NCBI GenBank assembly: GCA_004431415.1
Contig: QPMI01000026.1
Location: 82,064-146,063 of the forward strand
Source of the DNA: Cyanophora paradoxa CCMP329
Taxonomy: Eukaryota; Plantae; Glaucophyta
DNA: 64,000 bases
Direction: 5' to 3'
Part shown: positions 34,554 to 47,616 of the stretch, one piece after another
Layout of the letters: every line of letters begins with the position of its first letter
Numbering within the stretch: position 1 is the first letter of the stretch
The notes under the pieces: generated by a model
What the model was told of the DNA's origin: nothing
Database searches by the model: none
Seen by the model: the letters and a program-made list of their open reading frames with translations, nothing else
Program-made: the position numbers and the translations under genes

Positions 34554-35197
34554 CTAGCCAGCCGCGGCTCTAGATCTAACTAGCCTCCGGCCGTCTCGGG
34601 AGCCGAGGCTGGCTCTGTCCCCCATGGCCATCCGCCCGCCCGCGCGCCTGCAGCTGCTCCCCCCACCCCGCCCCGCCAGGTCCCGGCCCGTCGCTCCGGT
34701 CCTCTCTTCCATTCGCGCTCAGCTCAGATACCCCCTCTTCCTCCCCTCCGCCGCTTGTTCAGATTGAGCGTATGTAGTTTAAGAGCGGGCGGCGCAGCCC
34801 AAGGCCAAGAACTTCGGAACGTCGCTCAGACGCGGGGGGATTGCTGGGCTGGGGCGCCGGCCGGCTCAGCACCTTCAGCAAACTAGCACTGTTCGAGCCG
34901 ACTCAGCAGTGGAACTCGGCGCGGGGCCGGGGCGGGCACGCCGTGACACAACAAAACGGTCCCCTTAGGGAGTTGAACGGACTGCAGGGGAGCATGTGTG
35001 ATCTGGCAAGCCTAAGGTAGCGGTGACTGCAGCCCCTCTAAGAAGCGTTCTGTGAGGCAGCCAAGAGCACGCGCTTCGGCTGAAGGCGCTCTGAGGCCCA
35101 GCACGCCCGGCATCGCTCAGCGTCGACAGTCGGCATAGCTAGGCGTCCTGGCCGCACGCTCGGTCTTCTTTGTTGCCCGAAGAGCGGGTTGCACCGC

Positions 35198-37007
35198 TCG
35201 GACGGCGCCCGCCGCGGCCGCATGACGAAGTGAGCCGCCGAAAGGGCCGATGCGGGGCGAGCTGGTCCCCGTTTCGGAGCTGGAGGAGGCGCGGGCGGAG
35301 CTCGCGCGCCTCGAGGAGGCCGAGGAGCAGGGCCGCGCCGTCGGCCGCGCCGTAGCCGCGCTCCGCGCCCTCGAGGCCGGCCCCGAGGCCGCCGGGAGCG
35401 ACGCGGTGCACGAGGCCGCCCACGTACTCGCGCAGATGGGCGCTGAGACCGCCAATTCCGGTGCCCTCCGAGCGGCGCCCGCGCTCATCTGCACTCCTTT
35501 CTCACGCCGCGCGCGCCCCAGAGGCCTTTGCGGAAGCGCTGTGGCGTGCGGGCGGCGGATACGCGCTCTACGGCCTCGTCTCGAGCCGCGACCTCGAGCT
35601 CTCGAGCCTGGGGATCTACGCGTGGGCGGCCGCCGCCGGCGCCCTCTCGCCGGGGGCCGGCGAGCTGCGGCGCGAGCTGCTGCCGGCCGCCGACATCGCC
35701 GCGCGCGTCTTCGTCGCTCTGGCGGCCCTCGAGGCGCCCCCGCCGCCCAAGCGCCCCACCAGCGCCGGCGCACACGGCGCCCCGCGGGCCCTCGGCCACG
35801 CCCCGGTGCCCGCCCGGGCTCCGCTGCGGCGGCGGCGGCGGGGCGGGGGCGGGCGCTGGCGCCGCGGCGGCCCGGGACGAGGCCTCAGAGGGCCGCCGCC
35901 GCCTCCTCCTCGCGGCCACCCGCGTCCTCCACGCCTACGCCCTCGGTCCGCCCCCGGCCCCCCGCCCTCGCGCCCGTACCCCTCGCCTCATCTGACCGAG
36001 GGGCCCGCCGGGGGGGGGGGTACAGACTTCGAGGAGCCGGCGTGCCTGCGCCGGCCCGACGTGCACGAGGCGCTGAGGGCCGTGGCCGCGGGGACCGACC
36101 CTGCCCCGCCCGCTGGCGCCCCCCCGCCCCCCCCCCGCGAGGCCGCGCGCTCCCTCGAGGGCGTACCCCTCCTCCGCCTGCTCGCCCGCTCCGCCCTCCG
36201 CGCCCTCCGCTCCCTCCGTGCGTACCCCCCCCCCCTCTCCCCCAGCCGATCTCATGGTACCCCGCAGCGGCGAAGCACGTCGAGCGGGCCGAGGCCGGCC
36301 GCACCGGCGAGCGATCCCTGTACCCCCCGCCGGTACCCGCACCCCTTCCGCCTTCCTCCCCGCCCTGCAGCCGACGCTCCGCAGGAGCTGGAGGCGGCGG
36401 GGGCGCCGTGGGGCCGCCCGCTGCCCTCGGAGCTGATGGTCGCGACGGTGGGCGCCGCCGGCTTCCGCCCCGCCCGCCGGAGCGGCGGGGGCGAGCTGCT
36501 CCGCGCCCGCCTTGCGCCGGGCCCGCCCCCGCCCGACGGGGCGGGGGCGCCCTGGCTGCTGGAGCCCCCCGGGGCGCCGGTGGGCCTGCCGGTGCAGCGG
36601 AGCCCCTTCCGCCCCGCGTCGGCGGCGAGCCCCCTCGCGGAGCACCCGGCGCGGGGCCCCGCCGCCCGCCAGGCCGCCGCCGCCGAGCGCCGCCGCGCCC
36701 TCCACGCCCCTCGCCGGCCCCGGCCGGCCCGCGGCCCGCGCGGCCGGCCCCGGAGCCGGCGCTGCAGGCGTGGGCGGGGCCGGCGGGGGGCGGGCGGCGG
36801 GGGCGGCGCGGGTCGGGTCGACGCGGCTGGCGAACACGCTGCGGCGGCTGCAGGGCGGGGCCGGCGGCCCGGCGCCCTCGCCGCTCTGGCGCACCACAGA
36901 GTAGGCACTCCGGGGACCCTGCGACCATGGCCATGACCCGGCCCCGCCGCCCCCGGCCCCGCCGCCCCGGCCCCGGCCGCCGCCCGCCGCCCGGCCCCTC
37001 GAGCGCC
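35198..37007 (+). repeat. About 1.8-kb direct duplication, copy 1 (multi-exon gene fragment, unknown helical protein)
   Basis: Both copies encode EAFAEALWRAGGGYALYGLVSSRDLELSSLG..., ELEAAGAPWGRPLPSELMVATVG...; introns shared. Confidence 0.9.
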
Positions 37008-37364
37008 CTGTCCTCGGCCGTCCGTCCGCACCCCCCCCCCCCCCCCCCCCCCCCCGCCTCCACCCCCCTGCAAGGCCTATTAGGGTCGGTGCCTCTTGGG
37101 CCCGGGGCGCTGGGCCCCCCCTTCCCCTCCACTGCATTCGTGCACTCCGATCCGGTTCCAAATGCAATGCGTGCATAATTAGCCCAAATGCTAAGCGCCG
37201 GGCCGGCGACTGGGCTGCAGACGTGGCCGAAGGGGCGAACGTTATCTTCCAATCTTGCTTAATCATGATATAATATTATAATTACTCAATCTAGCTATAG
37301 TCACCTCGAATTCTTCGTATTCTTCGCTTTTCGTTTGTCATCTTCCTTTTGACGCGTTCCTTGG

Positions 37365-40300
37365 TCAAGCGCCCTTCAACTTCGCTGTGACACCCTCCAG
37401 TGCCCCGCGAACCGTCTCCGTCCTCTCGTGCTGGGGCCCCTGGGTCCGCTCCAGCGCCGCCAGCGCCGCCTGCGCATGTGACCCGGGATCAAATTAGTAT
37501 TCGAAACTTCGCGAAACTTCGCGTCGCGCGCCTCGAGGAGCGACGCGGCCTCGGAGAGGGCCTCCCTCGCGTCCAGCTTCGAGAGGAGGTCCCCGAGGCA
37601 GTACATAGACCATGCCGTGTCCGCGTGCTCCGGGCCCAGCCCCGGCGCCTTCTTGTAGATCTGCAGAACCTCCTGCGAAGGGCGGGCCAGGTCAGGGCCT
37701 TGGGCTAAGAAGCACTAGTACTGCCAAGATGATCCAGATTTACGCGCGCCGCACCTAGTACATGAGCCGTGCCGCTGCGTAGTCGCCCTGCTGCTCTAGC
37801 AGCGTGGCCAGGTTGTGCATCGTTGCCGCGACGTTCGGGTGCTCTGGTCCGTGCACCTTCTTGTATACCCGCAGCGCCTCCTGCGAAACGTGGGCCGGGG
37901 TAGACATCAGAGCATTGGAGGACAGAGCGCGGATGAGAGAATCCAGAGTAACGCGTGCCGCACCTCGTACATGGGCCGTGCCGCAGCGTGGTCGTCCAGC
38001 TTTGTCTGCAGAAGACTGCCCAGGGTCAACATCATCTGTGCGACATCCGGGTGCTCCGGCCCGTGCACTTTCTTGTAGACCTGCAGCACCTCCTGCGGGG
38101 GGCGAGATGGGGTCGGGGCCACGGAGGAAGAAGCACGGCTGAGACGATCCAGGGCGACACGTGAAGCACCTCGTACATGGACCGCGCCGCCGCGTAGTCT
38201 TCCTGCTCCCTCAGCAGGTTGGCCAGGTTCGTCATCGTCCCTGCAACCTCAAGGTGCTCCGGCCCCAGCGCGGTTTTGTAGATCCGTAATGCCTCCTGCG
38301 GAATTCAAAGGCGGGCCAGAATCGGGACGTCGGAAGAAGGAGCACGGCCAGCGCTACGCCGATTTGATTTAGTGCGATGCGTGCCGCACCTCGAACATTG
38401 TCCGCGCCGCAGCGAAGTCGCCTTTGCCCTCCAGCAGGGTGGCCAGGTTATGCATTGTCGTCGCGACGTCCGGGTGCTCCGGCCCGAGCGCCTTCTTGCG
38501 CAGCTGCAGCGCCGCCTGCGAGGGACGGGCCAGGTTCGGCCAAGACGATACCGATGGATGCTCACTGCACCTCGAACATGGTATGCGCATCCGCAGAGTT
38601 GCCCTGGATCGATAGCAGACGGGCCAAATTGCTCATTGTCTGGGCAACGTCCGGGTGCTCCGGCCCCAGCGCCTTCTTTTGCAGCCGCAGCGCCTCCTGC
38701 GAGGGGGGTGCCACGTCAGGGCCTCGGAAAACAAGGCCGGCCAATATGATGGCGCCGTCTGAGCGGGCTGGAATCGGATCCTCGGAGGAAGCTAAAGGAG
38801 ATCGGCTAAAACAATCCAGACGCACGCCGCGCCGCACCTCGTACATGGGCCGTGCGGCTGCGTAGTCGCCCTCCCGATCTAGCAGGGCGGCCAGGTTCTG
38901 CATCGCCAGCGCGACTTCCGGGTGCTCCGGCCCGTGCGCCTTCTTGTAGACCCGCAGCGCCTCCTGCGAGGGGCAATCGCGAGTCGGGGTGGGGGCCTTG
39001 TCGGAACGGGCACAGCAATGAGGATCTAAACGGACGAGCACCGCACCTCGTACATGGGCCGCGCCGCCGCGTGGTCGCCCTGCTCCGACAGCAGGGCGCC
39101 CAGGTTCAACATCGCGTCAGCGACGCTTGTGTGCTCCGGCCCCAGCGCCGTCGTGCGGATCCGCAGCACCTCCTGTGATCACGATGGCAAGGGGCGGGCC
39201 GGGGTCGGGGCCCCGGAGGAAGCAACAACAGCTGAGACAATCCAGAGCGACACGTTACGCACCTCGTACATGGGCCGCGCCGCCGCGGAGTCTCCCTGAT
39301 TGTGCAGCACTTGGGCCAGGCTCTGTATCGTCGACGCAACTTTTGGGTGATCCGGCCCCAGCGCCTTCTTGAAGATCCGCAGCGCCTCCTGTGAGGGGCA
39401 GGCTGGGATCGGCGCCTCGGAGGAAAGAACCCGGTCAAGAGATTAAGAGGGGCGTAGAGTCGCACCTCGTTAAGGCCCCGCGCCGCCGCGTAGTCGCCCT
39501 GGTTTATCAGCAGGTTGGCAAGGTTCACCATCGTCCCCGCAAAGTCTGGGTGCTCCGGCCCCAGCGCCCGCTTCTGGACCTCCAGCGCCTCCTGCAAGAT
39601 GCGGGCCAGGCCAGGGGCTTCAAAAGAAGGAGAGAGGCCAATTGCAAGATGATACAGACGGATGCGGGACAGACCTCGTACATGGGCCGCGCCGCCGCGT
39701 AGTCGCCCTGATCCTTCAGCAGCATGGCCAGGCTTTCGATTGTGTTCGCAACGTACGGGTGCCCCGGACCCAGCGCCTGCTTCTGGATCTGCAGCGTCTC
39801 CTGCGAGCGGCGGGCCAGGGTCGGGGCCATCTAAAATTCTCAGAGGGACGCGCGCCGCACCTCGAGCATGGGCCGCGCTGCCGCGTAGTCGCCCTGGTTC
39901 TTCAGCAGGTTGGCCAGGTTCCTCATCGTCTGGGCGACGAGCGGGTCCTCCGGCCCCAGCACCTTCTTGTACACCTGTAGCGCCTCCTGCGAGGGTCGGG
40001 TCAGGGACGGGGCCTCGGAGGATGGAGCAACGCTACGACGATCCAGAGGGAGGTGCGCCGCACCTCGAACAGGGGCCGCGACTCCTTGTAGTTGCCCTGG
40101 GTCAATAGCAGAAGGGCCAAATTGTTCATCATCTGCGCAACAAATGCGTCCTCCGGTCCCAGCTCCTTCTTGCTAAGCCGCAGCGCCTCCTGCTCCAGCG
40201 CAGGAAGTTCGGGTGAGCAATCCGTGGCTGGATTTTATTGGATGAGCGCAGCACCTGCAGGAACGGGATGCCTTCTCGCGCCCGCCCCATCGTCTGCAGC

Positions 40301-43300
40301 AAGTTGCCAGCGCTGTTCAGGGCTTCGGGATCTGCATCCTCGCTCCCCAGCCGGAGCGATTCGGCATAGCGCGACGCCGCCTCGTCGGACCGCCCGCTCG
40401 CGAGCCACAGCTCCACCAGCTCGTAATCGTCCAGGCGCCCAAGGACGTCGGCGTCGCACAGGATGCCCGCCAGGCGTTCCGCCAAGTTGGGCCCGCCCCG
40501 CGCCAGCGCCCACGGGCCCTCCTCCGCCCGCCGCTGCGAGGCCGGCTGCGCGGCAAAGAACTCGCCCAGCCGCGCGTGGACGGCCGCCCGGCGCTCGGCT
40601 GCTCCTTCGCCCGCGAGACCGAACTCGAGCTCCGCCGCCTCGGCCGTGCAGCGGTGGAAGAAGGCGTACGGGCCGTCCCGGCACACGACCAGGCCCAGGA
40701 AGTCGTGCCAGAACAGCGACCACGTCACCTCGTTCGGCTCGCCGCTCGCATCCACGCCCACCAACGCCTTCAGCTCGTCCTCCGCCATCCCGTGCCGCGC
40801 GCACGCGATGGCAGACGCGACGTCCCGCGCCAGGGCCGCGCCGTGGCGCGAGGCGAGGCGGCGCAGGACGAGGCGGAAGAGGTCCCGCGGCTCGACGCCG
40901 CAGGCGAGGAACGTGTCGATGTCGGCGTCGAGGTTCGCGTGGACGGAGACGTTCGAGAGCTCGTCGAGGAGGACGGTCAGGAAGAGCGCGTTGCGGCACG
41001 CCTCCGCCCCCACGATCCGCTCGAGGCGCTCGTCGGAGAGGGCGCGCCCCTGCTCGCCGAGCACGCCCTCGACCAGCCTCCGGCGCCGGGGCCCGGTGAG
41101 GGGCGCGATCTCGCGGGCGATGTGTACTCTCGCCATCGCGGCGTCCAGGGTCGGGCCTGCGGTGCTGCGTTGGCAAGACACACATTCTTTACTGCGACGG
41201 AACCAGCACCTCGCAGGCTCGAGACGAGGATGCGGAGGCGGGGGCCGGCGGCGGGCGGGAGCCACGCGAGGCTGTGCACGGCGGGGTCGCCCCGCAGCTG
41301 GTCCAGGCCGTCCAGGACGAGGACGGTGCGGAAGGGCCAGCCGGCGCTGGCAGCGAGGAAGGCGCTCAGGCGGGCCGCCACCTCCGCGTCCGTGCCGTGC
41401 AGGTCGATCGCCTCGGCCCCGGGCCACCGGCCCTGGACCTCCTCGCTGAGGCGCCTGCCGTGCAAACCCGGGTCATCGGGGAGAGCGAGGGACGAAGAAC
41501 GAGTTGGGTACGCGGACCGGGCGACCGACGCGAGCAGCGAGCTGCTCTGGGATCCACCAATGAAGTGCACAACCACCAGGTCGTCGGGGTACGACAAATT
41601 CCACTCCCGAGCCCAGTTCGCAAGCAGCGCTGCGCGGCCCCACCGTCAGCGACGGGACAGTGCGCGCGCGTGGCCCAACGAAGGGCGGCGGACCGCTCTT
41701 GCCGCAGCCGCCCTCGCCGTGTAGGACGAGGATCTCGGGGCCCGAGGCCGCCGCGTAGGCGTGCAGGGCGGCAACGTCCTCCGCGTTGCGCACGAAGACG
41801 CGCTGCCGCGACGCCGCGAAGGCCTCGTGCTGCGCCCGCTCCGCCTCCAGCCACGGCCGCTCCTTCTCGAGGGGATACTCCTGTTCAAGCATCTGCAGCC
41901 GCGGTCAGGGCGGAGGCAAACGATCGGTGCAGGGGTACGGGCGCACCGCCTTGAGAGCGTCGCGCATGGCGAGGGCGAGCCGCTGGGCGTCGGTGTACTC
42001 GGCGACGGGCAGGCCCGCCGCTCGGATCTCGCCCTTCAGCGCTTCCAGGCGCTGCTCGGCGTAGGGGCCCTCCCCGGCCCCGCCGGTAGAGACCGCGTCC
42101 CGCATCAGGCCCGGCCCGGCCACGTAGAACAGGCTCCTGCCTCGCATCGCCTGAGGGCGGATCGTGAGGACAAGGGGCGGAGGGAAGAGAAGGCGGGAGG
42201 AGGCCGGCCGGGTCGCACCTCGAGGCGCGAGGCGGGCGGGCCGGCCCCTCCGGGCCGCGCCGCGCCTCCGAGCACGCCGGCGCGGATCTCTGCGCGCGGC
42301 CCGATCAGAAAACGGCCGCGGCCCGGCGCCCGCTCGCGCACCGATCTCGGTCACGCTGCGGTCATCCCACTCGTGCACCCAGGGGAAATCGTCCGCGGCG
42401 CAATCGAGGTTCCTGCCCCGCCCGCCCTGGCTTCAGCGGCACTTCGAAGAGAGTCGGGGACCGGAGAGGTGGGGGCGCACATGCGAAAGAGGGCGTTGCC
42501 CGTGTCGTTGGGAGGCGCGTCGGGTTGCAGGTGCCACCCGTAGCGAGCCTGCGCCGCGCCGCGTGAGCAGGGGCCCCGAGGCCCGAGGCCCCGGGCCTCG
42601 ATCTCGCGAGCAGGACGGGCGGCACCTTGAGCAGGCCGACGAAGTGCGTGCTCCGATCCACCTCCCGCAGGCACAGTAGGGTCACCAGGCCCGCCTGGCA
42701 CGCCTCCTCGTTGATGCCCCACCTGTGGCCGCGCCCGGCGGGATCAGCGCGAGGGAAGCCCAAAGCAGAGCACAAGCGGGCGGGCCTGAGATCGACGCAG
42801 TGGAAGAAGAGGCCGCGCTCCGCGCACATCGCCTTCAGCGTCGGGTTCACGAAGCTCCGGATGGCGTCCCGCTCCGCCTGCATGTCCTCTGCCGGCACGC
42901 GCGCACGGGTCGATGTCAGAGGGGCGGGCGGGCCGCGCTGGGCTAGAAGCGCTCGGCCGCGCGCGCGCACGGAAGGTTGAGGAGACGAAGATGCGCACGA
43001 CGCGCTTCTGGGCCAGCAGGCCGTCCCGCCGCGCCGCCGAGGGAGCAGGGGCCGTCTTGGGAGCGCTAGCTGTAGCGTGCACGTGGGCTTCGGCGGCCGC
43101 GGCTTTGGGAGCGACCGCTGGCGAGTCCACATGTACAGGCACGCCGTGCACGATGATCTGCTGTGGTGGCCCATCCTGGGGCGGCTTCGATGCAGGCTGC
43201 GGGGCGGTGGATGAGGCCGCCGGCGCCCCCGCAGCCAACTTTTCGATCGGCGGGCTCGCGGATGCAGGCGGTGCGCGTTTCGCCTGGCCCGCGGATGCAG

Positions 43301-43400
43301 CTGACCGGTCTAGGTCTAACTCTGCGGTGCCGGCTGCGGTGGATCCCCCGGAAGAGACTGCATTCCCTGTTCCGACTGCTTGAGAGCTGCCACACCCCAT
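37365..43400 (-). CDS. NLR-like protein: MGCxxS lipidation motif + DUF4062 + NACHT-type NTPase + TPR array (NPHP3/TEP1-like architecture)
   Basis: MGCGSS; RIFVSSTF/.DMQAER..CVDLR/WGINEE; Walker A GEGGCGKS (about 41700); Walker B VLVLDGLDQL; 12 single-repeat TPR exons plus terminal exons. In-frame TAG at 37755-37757. Confidence 0.9.
37540..40190 (-). repeat. Tandem array of about 205-bp exon+intron units, one 42-aa TPR per phase-0 exon
   Basis: Each exon reads cag|GAG GCG CTG...ATG TAC GAG|gt; the introns are mutually similar. Confidence 0.95.
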
Positions 43401-45786
43401 CGGTCAGGCTGATCGCTGTCCTCCAGACTAACGTTAACTTGTAAGTGATCGCGAGTCGCTCACGTGCGCGTTAGATTCCGGCTGATCTAATTCTGCTCGC
43501 CAAGGCGGCCGCGGGCAGCCTCCTCGATTGGGCTAACTTGCTAGAGCTCTTGATCCAGCTCCGCCTGGCGCCCGGGCGCAGAGAGGCGCAGAGAGGCTGA
43601 ATTTCAGGCTAAGAAGTCGGAGCTCATGAAAGACCCCTGCGCGGAAGAAAAAGCGGGGCTCATTCACGCAGCCGAGTCGCGCTATCGCTTCTCGCGCCGC
43701 GCTTCGAAGGGCGGGAGCAATGGAGGCGTATGCGACAGCCCGATCGCGCCGTCCTGCTCGATCTGCTTCCGCCATTGCAAATTGCGGGTTCGTGCGCGTG
43801 CGCCAGCGTCCGAAGAGGAGCTGCGGCATCGTGCCGCAAAGCTGACAAGCCCGCGGCGCTCCAGGTACCGTAAGGAACCTGCGGCTGGAAATCGGGACTG
43901 CGCCGGCGCGCTGCGGGCGGGCGGGCACGCGCCCCGGCCCGCCCGCTCGGTAGGGTCGTCTCCACGCGCGGAGGCGCGTGCAAGCGCCCCTCTCCGACCA
44001 CCCGCGCCGCCCCCGCGCCCGCCGCGCGCGAGGCGCCGCTTGCATATGCCTCCCGGCGCCCCCGCCGGCACCCCGCGGGGTCGAGAGGGCCGGCGCCGGC
44101 TCCCACACAGCGCGGGGCCGGCGCGCCGGTCCGAACCGGTCATAGGCTCCGCCCCGCGCCGCCGCCGCCGGCGACGAGAAGCGCCGCGCGCGCGCGCCCG
44201 GTCCGCCCCGCCCGCCCGCCCGCGCGGACCCCGGGAGCGGCAGGCGGTGGCGGGTCGGAGCGGCGGCGACGCTGCTGGGCGCGGGACGGGCCTCGAGGAG
44301 ACGCCCGCCTCGAGCTCGGGCGGCGGCGCGGGCGAGCACGGAGAAGGGTGGGCTCGAGGAGGGGCTCGTCGCCCGCGTACCCCTCCCGGCCTCTGCGTCG
44401 CCCAGGCGCGTACCCCCCGCCCCGGCCAGACCCGCCCCGGGCCCCCTCCGACGCCCGCGGCGCAGGCGGCGACGGGCGGCGCCGGTGCCTTTACCCCGCG
44501 AGCTCCGCGTGCACCCGGTCCCGCCCGCCCGCCGGCGAGCTCCGCGCGCCCGGCGCCGGCGACGACCCCTCCCCCCCCGGTCCTCCCTTCGTGCTCGGCC
44601 GGCGGGGGCCCTCCCTCGCCGGCCCGGGCCGCCCCAGCGACCCTTCCCCGCGACGGCGCGGCGCGGGCGGCGGCGGGGCCGGGGCAGCGGGCCCTCCCGC
44701 CTCTTCCCCAGTCTTCCCCACGGCAGTCTTCCTCCCCCCGGGGCCCTCCCGCCTCCCCCGGGGCAGCGGCGGCGCGCGGCGCGGCCGGCGGTGGGGCCGG
44801 CCGCCGTTCGGGCGAGAGGCCGCTCATCAGCCGCCCGAACTCTCCGGCTCCCTCGCGCCTGTACCCCGCCGTACCTCATTCCCCCCTCCAGACCCTCTCG
44901 GACGCCCGTCTTCCGGGGTACCCCCTCTTCTCCTCCCCTAAACGGCGCCTTCGCGCCCGCCGCGCGCTCGCCTCCGGCCGATGCTCCGGGTACCCCCCGC
45001 TCGTGCGCTCCCCCTACCCCCTCTCCGCGGCCTCTCCCTCGATCCTCTATTGATTCCTAACCGTGTCCAGGCGAGGGCGGTACTGCAGCTGCAGGCGACG
45101 GCGGTTGCGCCGCAGAGGTCGCCGTCGATCGCGCCGCCGCCCTCCTCCTGGTACCCCCCTCGAGCATCCCAAGCCGCGGGGTACGCGGGCGCCGCGGGCG
45201 GCGCGCGACCTTTTTCCCTCTACCCCATCGTTCTCGACTGAGACCTCTGCTCTCGGGTACCCCCCTCCCCGCCTAAAACTTCCCGTACCCCCTCCGACCC
45301 CTCCTCCCCTCCCTCCAGCTCTCGGAACGGGAACAGCTGCGGCTGCCCACGATCGGGTACCCCTGTGTCTTCCCCAGGTACTCTTTCTCCTTCTCTCTCC
45401 TTCCTCCCTCATCCCCCTTCTCCTTATCTGACTCCCCCACTCCCGTGCAGGTACCCCCTCTCCTTCCCCAGGATACCCTATACGGCACGGCTCTCTTCAT
45501 TCGGGTACCCCCCCTTCTCTTCCCCCGTGTGTGCTGTTTCTCCTTCTCTCTCCTTCTCTGACCCTCGCCCCCCGGAAAAGGGACCCCTACCCCCCCGCCC
45601 TCCTTCTCAGGTACCCCCCTTCCTCCCTCCTCCCTTCCGAGCCCTCCGAGCCCTGAGCCGTATCTGAGGGGCGAGCGCAGGCGGCGCCGGGTGCCTCTCC
45701 GAAAGCGCAGCAAGGCCGGCGGCAGAGCCGGCGGCGGCAAGGCCGCGTCCTTACGCGCGGCGCGGAGGGCGGGTCGGCTGTCAGCG

Positions 45787-47616
45787 CGGACGGCCCCGCC
45801 CGCCGCGGCCGCGCGACGGGGCGAGCCGCCGGAAGGGCCGCCAGGGCGGCGCGGGCGGAGCTGACGCGCCTCGGGGCCAGGGCAGCGCTGGCGGAGCTGG
45901 CCGCGCCGGTGCGGCAGGGCCGTGTCGTCGGCCGCGCCGTAGCGGCGCTCCGCGCCCTCGAGGCCGGCCCGAGGCCGCCGGGGGCGACGCGGTGCGCGAG
46001 GCCGCCCGCGCGCTCGCGCAGACGGGCGCTGAGACCGCCAACCCCGGTGCCCTCCGAGCGGCGCCCGCGCTCACCTGCACTCCTTTCTCACGCCGCGCGC
46101 GTTCCAGAGGCCTTCGCGGAGGCGCTGTGGCGTGCGGGCGGCGGCTACGCGCTCTACGGCCTCGTCTCGAGCCGCGACCTCGAGCTCTCGAGCTTGGGAT
46201 CTACGCGTGGCGGCCGCCGGCGGCGCCCTCTCGCCGGGGGCCGACGAGCTGCGGCGGGCGCTGCTGCCGGCCGCCGACATCGCCGCGCGCGTCTTCGTCG
46301 CTCTGGCGGCCCTCGAGGCGCCCCCGCCGTCAAGCGCCCCGCCAGCGCCGCCGCCCCCGGCGCCCCACGGGCCCCGTCCACGCCCCGGCGCACGCCCGGG
46401 CTCCGCTGCGGCGGCGGCGGCGGGGCGGGGCGGGCGCTGGCGCCGCGGCGGCCCGGGGACGAGGCCTCAGAGGGCCGCCGCCGCCTCCTCCTCGCGGCCG
46501 CCCGCGTCCTCCACGCCTACGCCCTCGGTCCGCCCCCGCCCCCGAGCCCTCGCGCACGTACCCCCCTCATCTGAACGAGCGGCCCGCGCGGGGGTACAGA
46601 CTTCGAGGAGCCGGCGTGCCTGCGCCGGCCCGACGTGCACGAGGCGCTGAGGGCCGTCGCCGCGGGCCCGCCCCGCCGCGCCCGCAGGCGCCCCCCGCCC
46701 CCCTCCGCGAGGCCGCGCGCTCCCTCGAGGGCGTACCCCTCCTCCGCCTGCTCGCCCGCTCCGCCCTCCGCGCCCTCCGCTCCCTCCGTGCGTACCCCCC
46801 CTCCCCCCCCAGCCGATCTCATGGTACCCCGCAGCGGCGAAGCACGTCGAGCGGGCCGAGGCCGGCCGCACCGGCGAGCGATCCCTGTACCCCCGCCGGT
46901 ACCCGTACCCCTTCGCCTTCCTCCCCACCCCGCAGCCGACGCTCCGCAGGAGCTGGAGGCGGCGGGGGCGCCGTGGGGCCGCCCGCTGCCCTCGGAGCTG
47001 ATGGTCGCGACGGTGGGCGCCGCCGGCTTCCGCCCGCCCGCCGGAGCGGCGGGGGCGAGCTGCTCCGCGCCCGCCTCGCGCCGGGCCCGCCCCGCCCGAC
47101 GGGGCGGGGGCGCCCTGGCTGCTGGAGCCCCCGGGGCGCCGGTGGGCCTCCCGGTGCAGCGGAGCCCCTTCCGCCCCGCGTCGGCGGCGAGCCCCCTCGC
47201 GGAGCACCCGGCGCGCGGCCCCGCCGCCCGCCAGGCCGCCGCCGCCGAGCGCCGCCGCGCCCTCCACGCCCCTCGCCGGCCCCGGCCGGCCCGCGGCCCG
47301 CGCGGCCGGCCCCGGAGCCGGCGCTGCAGGCGTTGGCGGGGCCGGCGGGCGGCGGGCGGCGGGGGCGGCGCGGGTCGGGTCGACGCGGCTCGCGAACACG
47401 CTGCGGCGGCTGCAGGGCGGGGCCGGCGGCCCGGCGCCCTCGCCGCTCTGGCGCACCACAGAGTAGGCACCCCGGGAACTCTGCGACCCCGTGTCCCGCC
47501 GCCCCGCCGCCCCCGGCCCCGCCGCCCCGGGCCCGCCACCCCGGGCCCGGCCGCCGGCCCCGGCGCCGGCCGCCGCCGCGCCGCCCGGCCTCTCGCCGCG
47601 AGCACCCTCGAGCGCC
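45787..47616 (+). repeat. About 1.8-kb direct duplication, copy 2 (many 1-nt indels)
   Basis: Same exons and introns as 35198-37007, but frameshifted. Confidence 0.9.

Noticed and set aside
35250-37266. Very long overlapping Arg/Pro/Gly-rich ORFs in several frames (also at 8.5-9.7, 19.3-21 and 43.5-47.7 kb)
   Set aside because: Stop-codon scarcity in extremely GC-rich DNA; the real coding is spliced and switches frames.
37540-40190. CRISPR-like repeat-spacer array (also 28195-28939)
   Set aside because: The units are protein-coding exons with GT-AG introns; eukaryotic context and no cas genes.
35198-47616. Direct repeats as LTRs
   Set aside because: No TG..CA ends, PBS/PPT or gag-pol; the repeats are exon-intron gene fragments.
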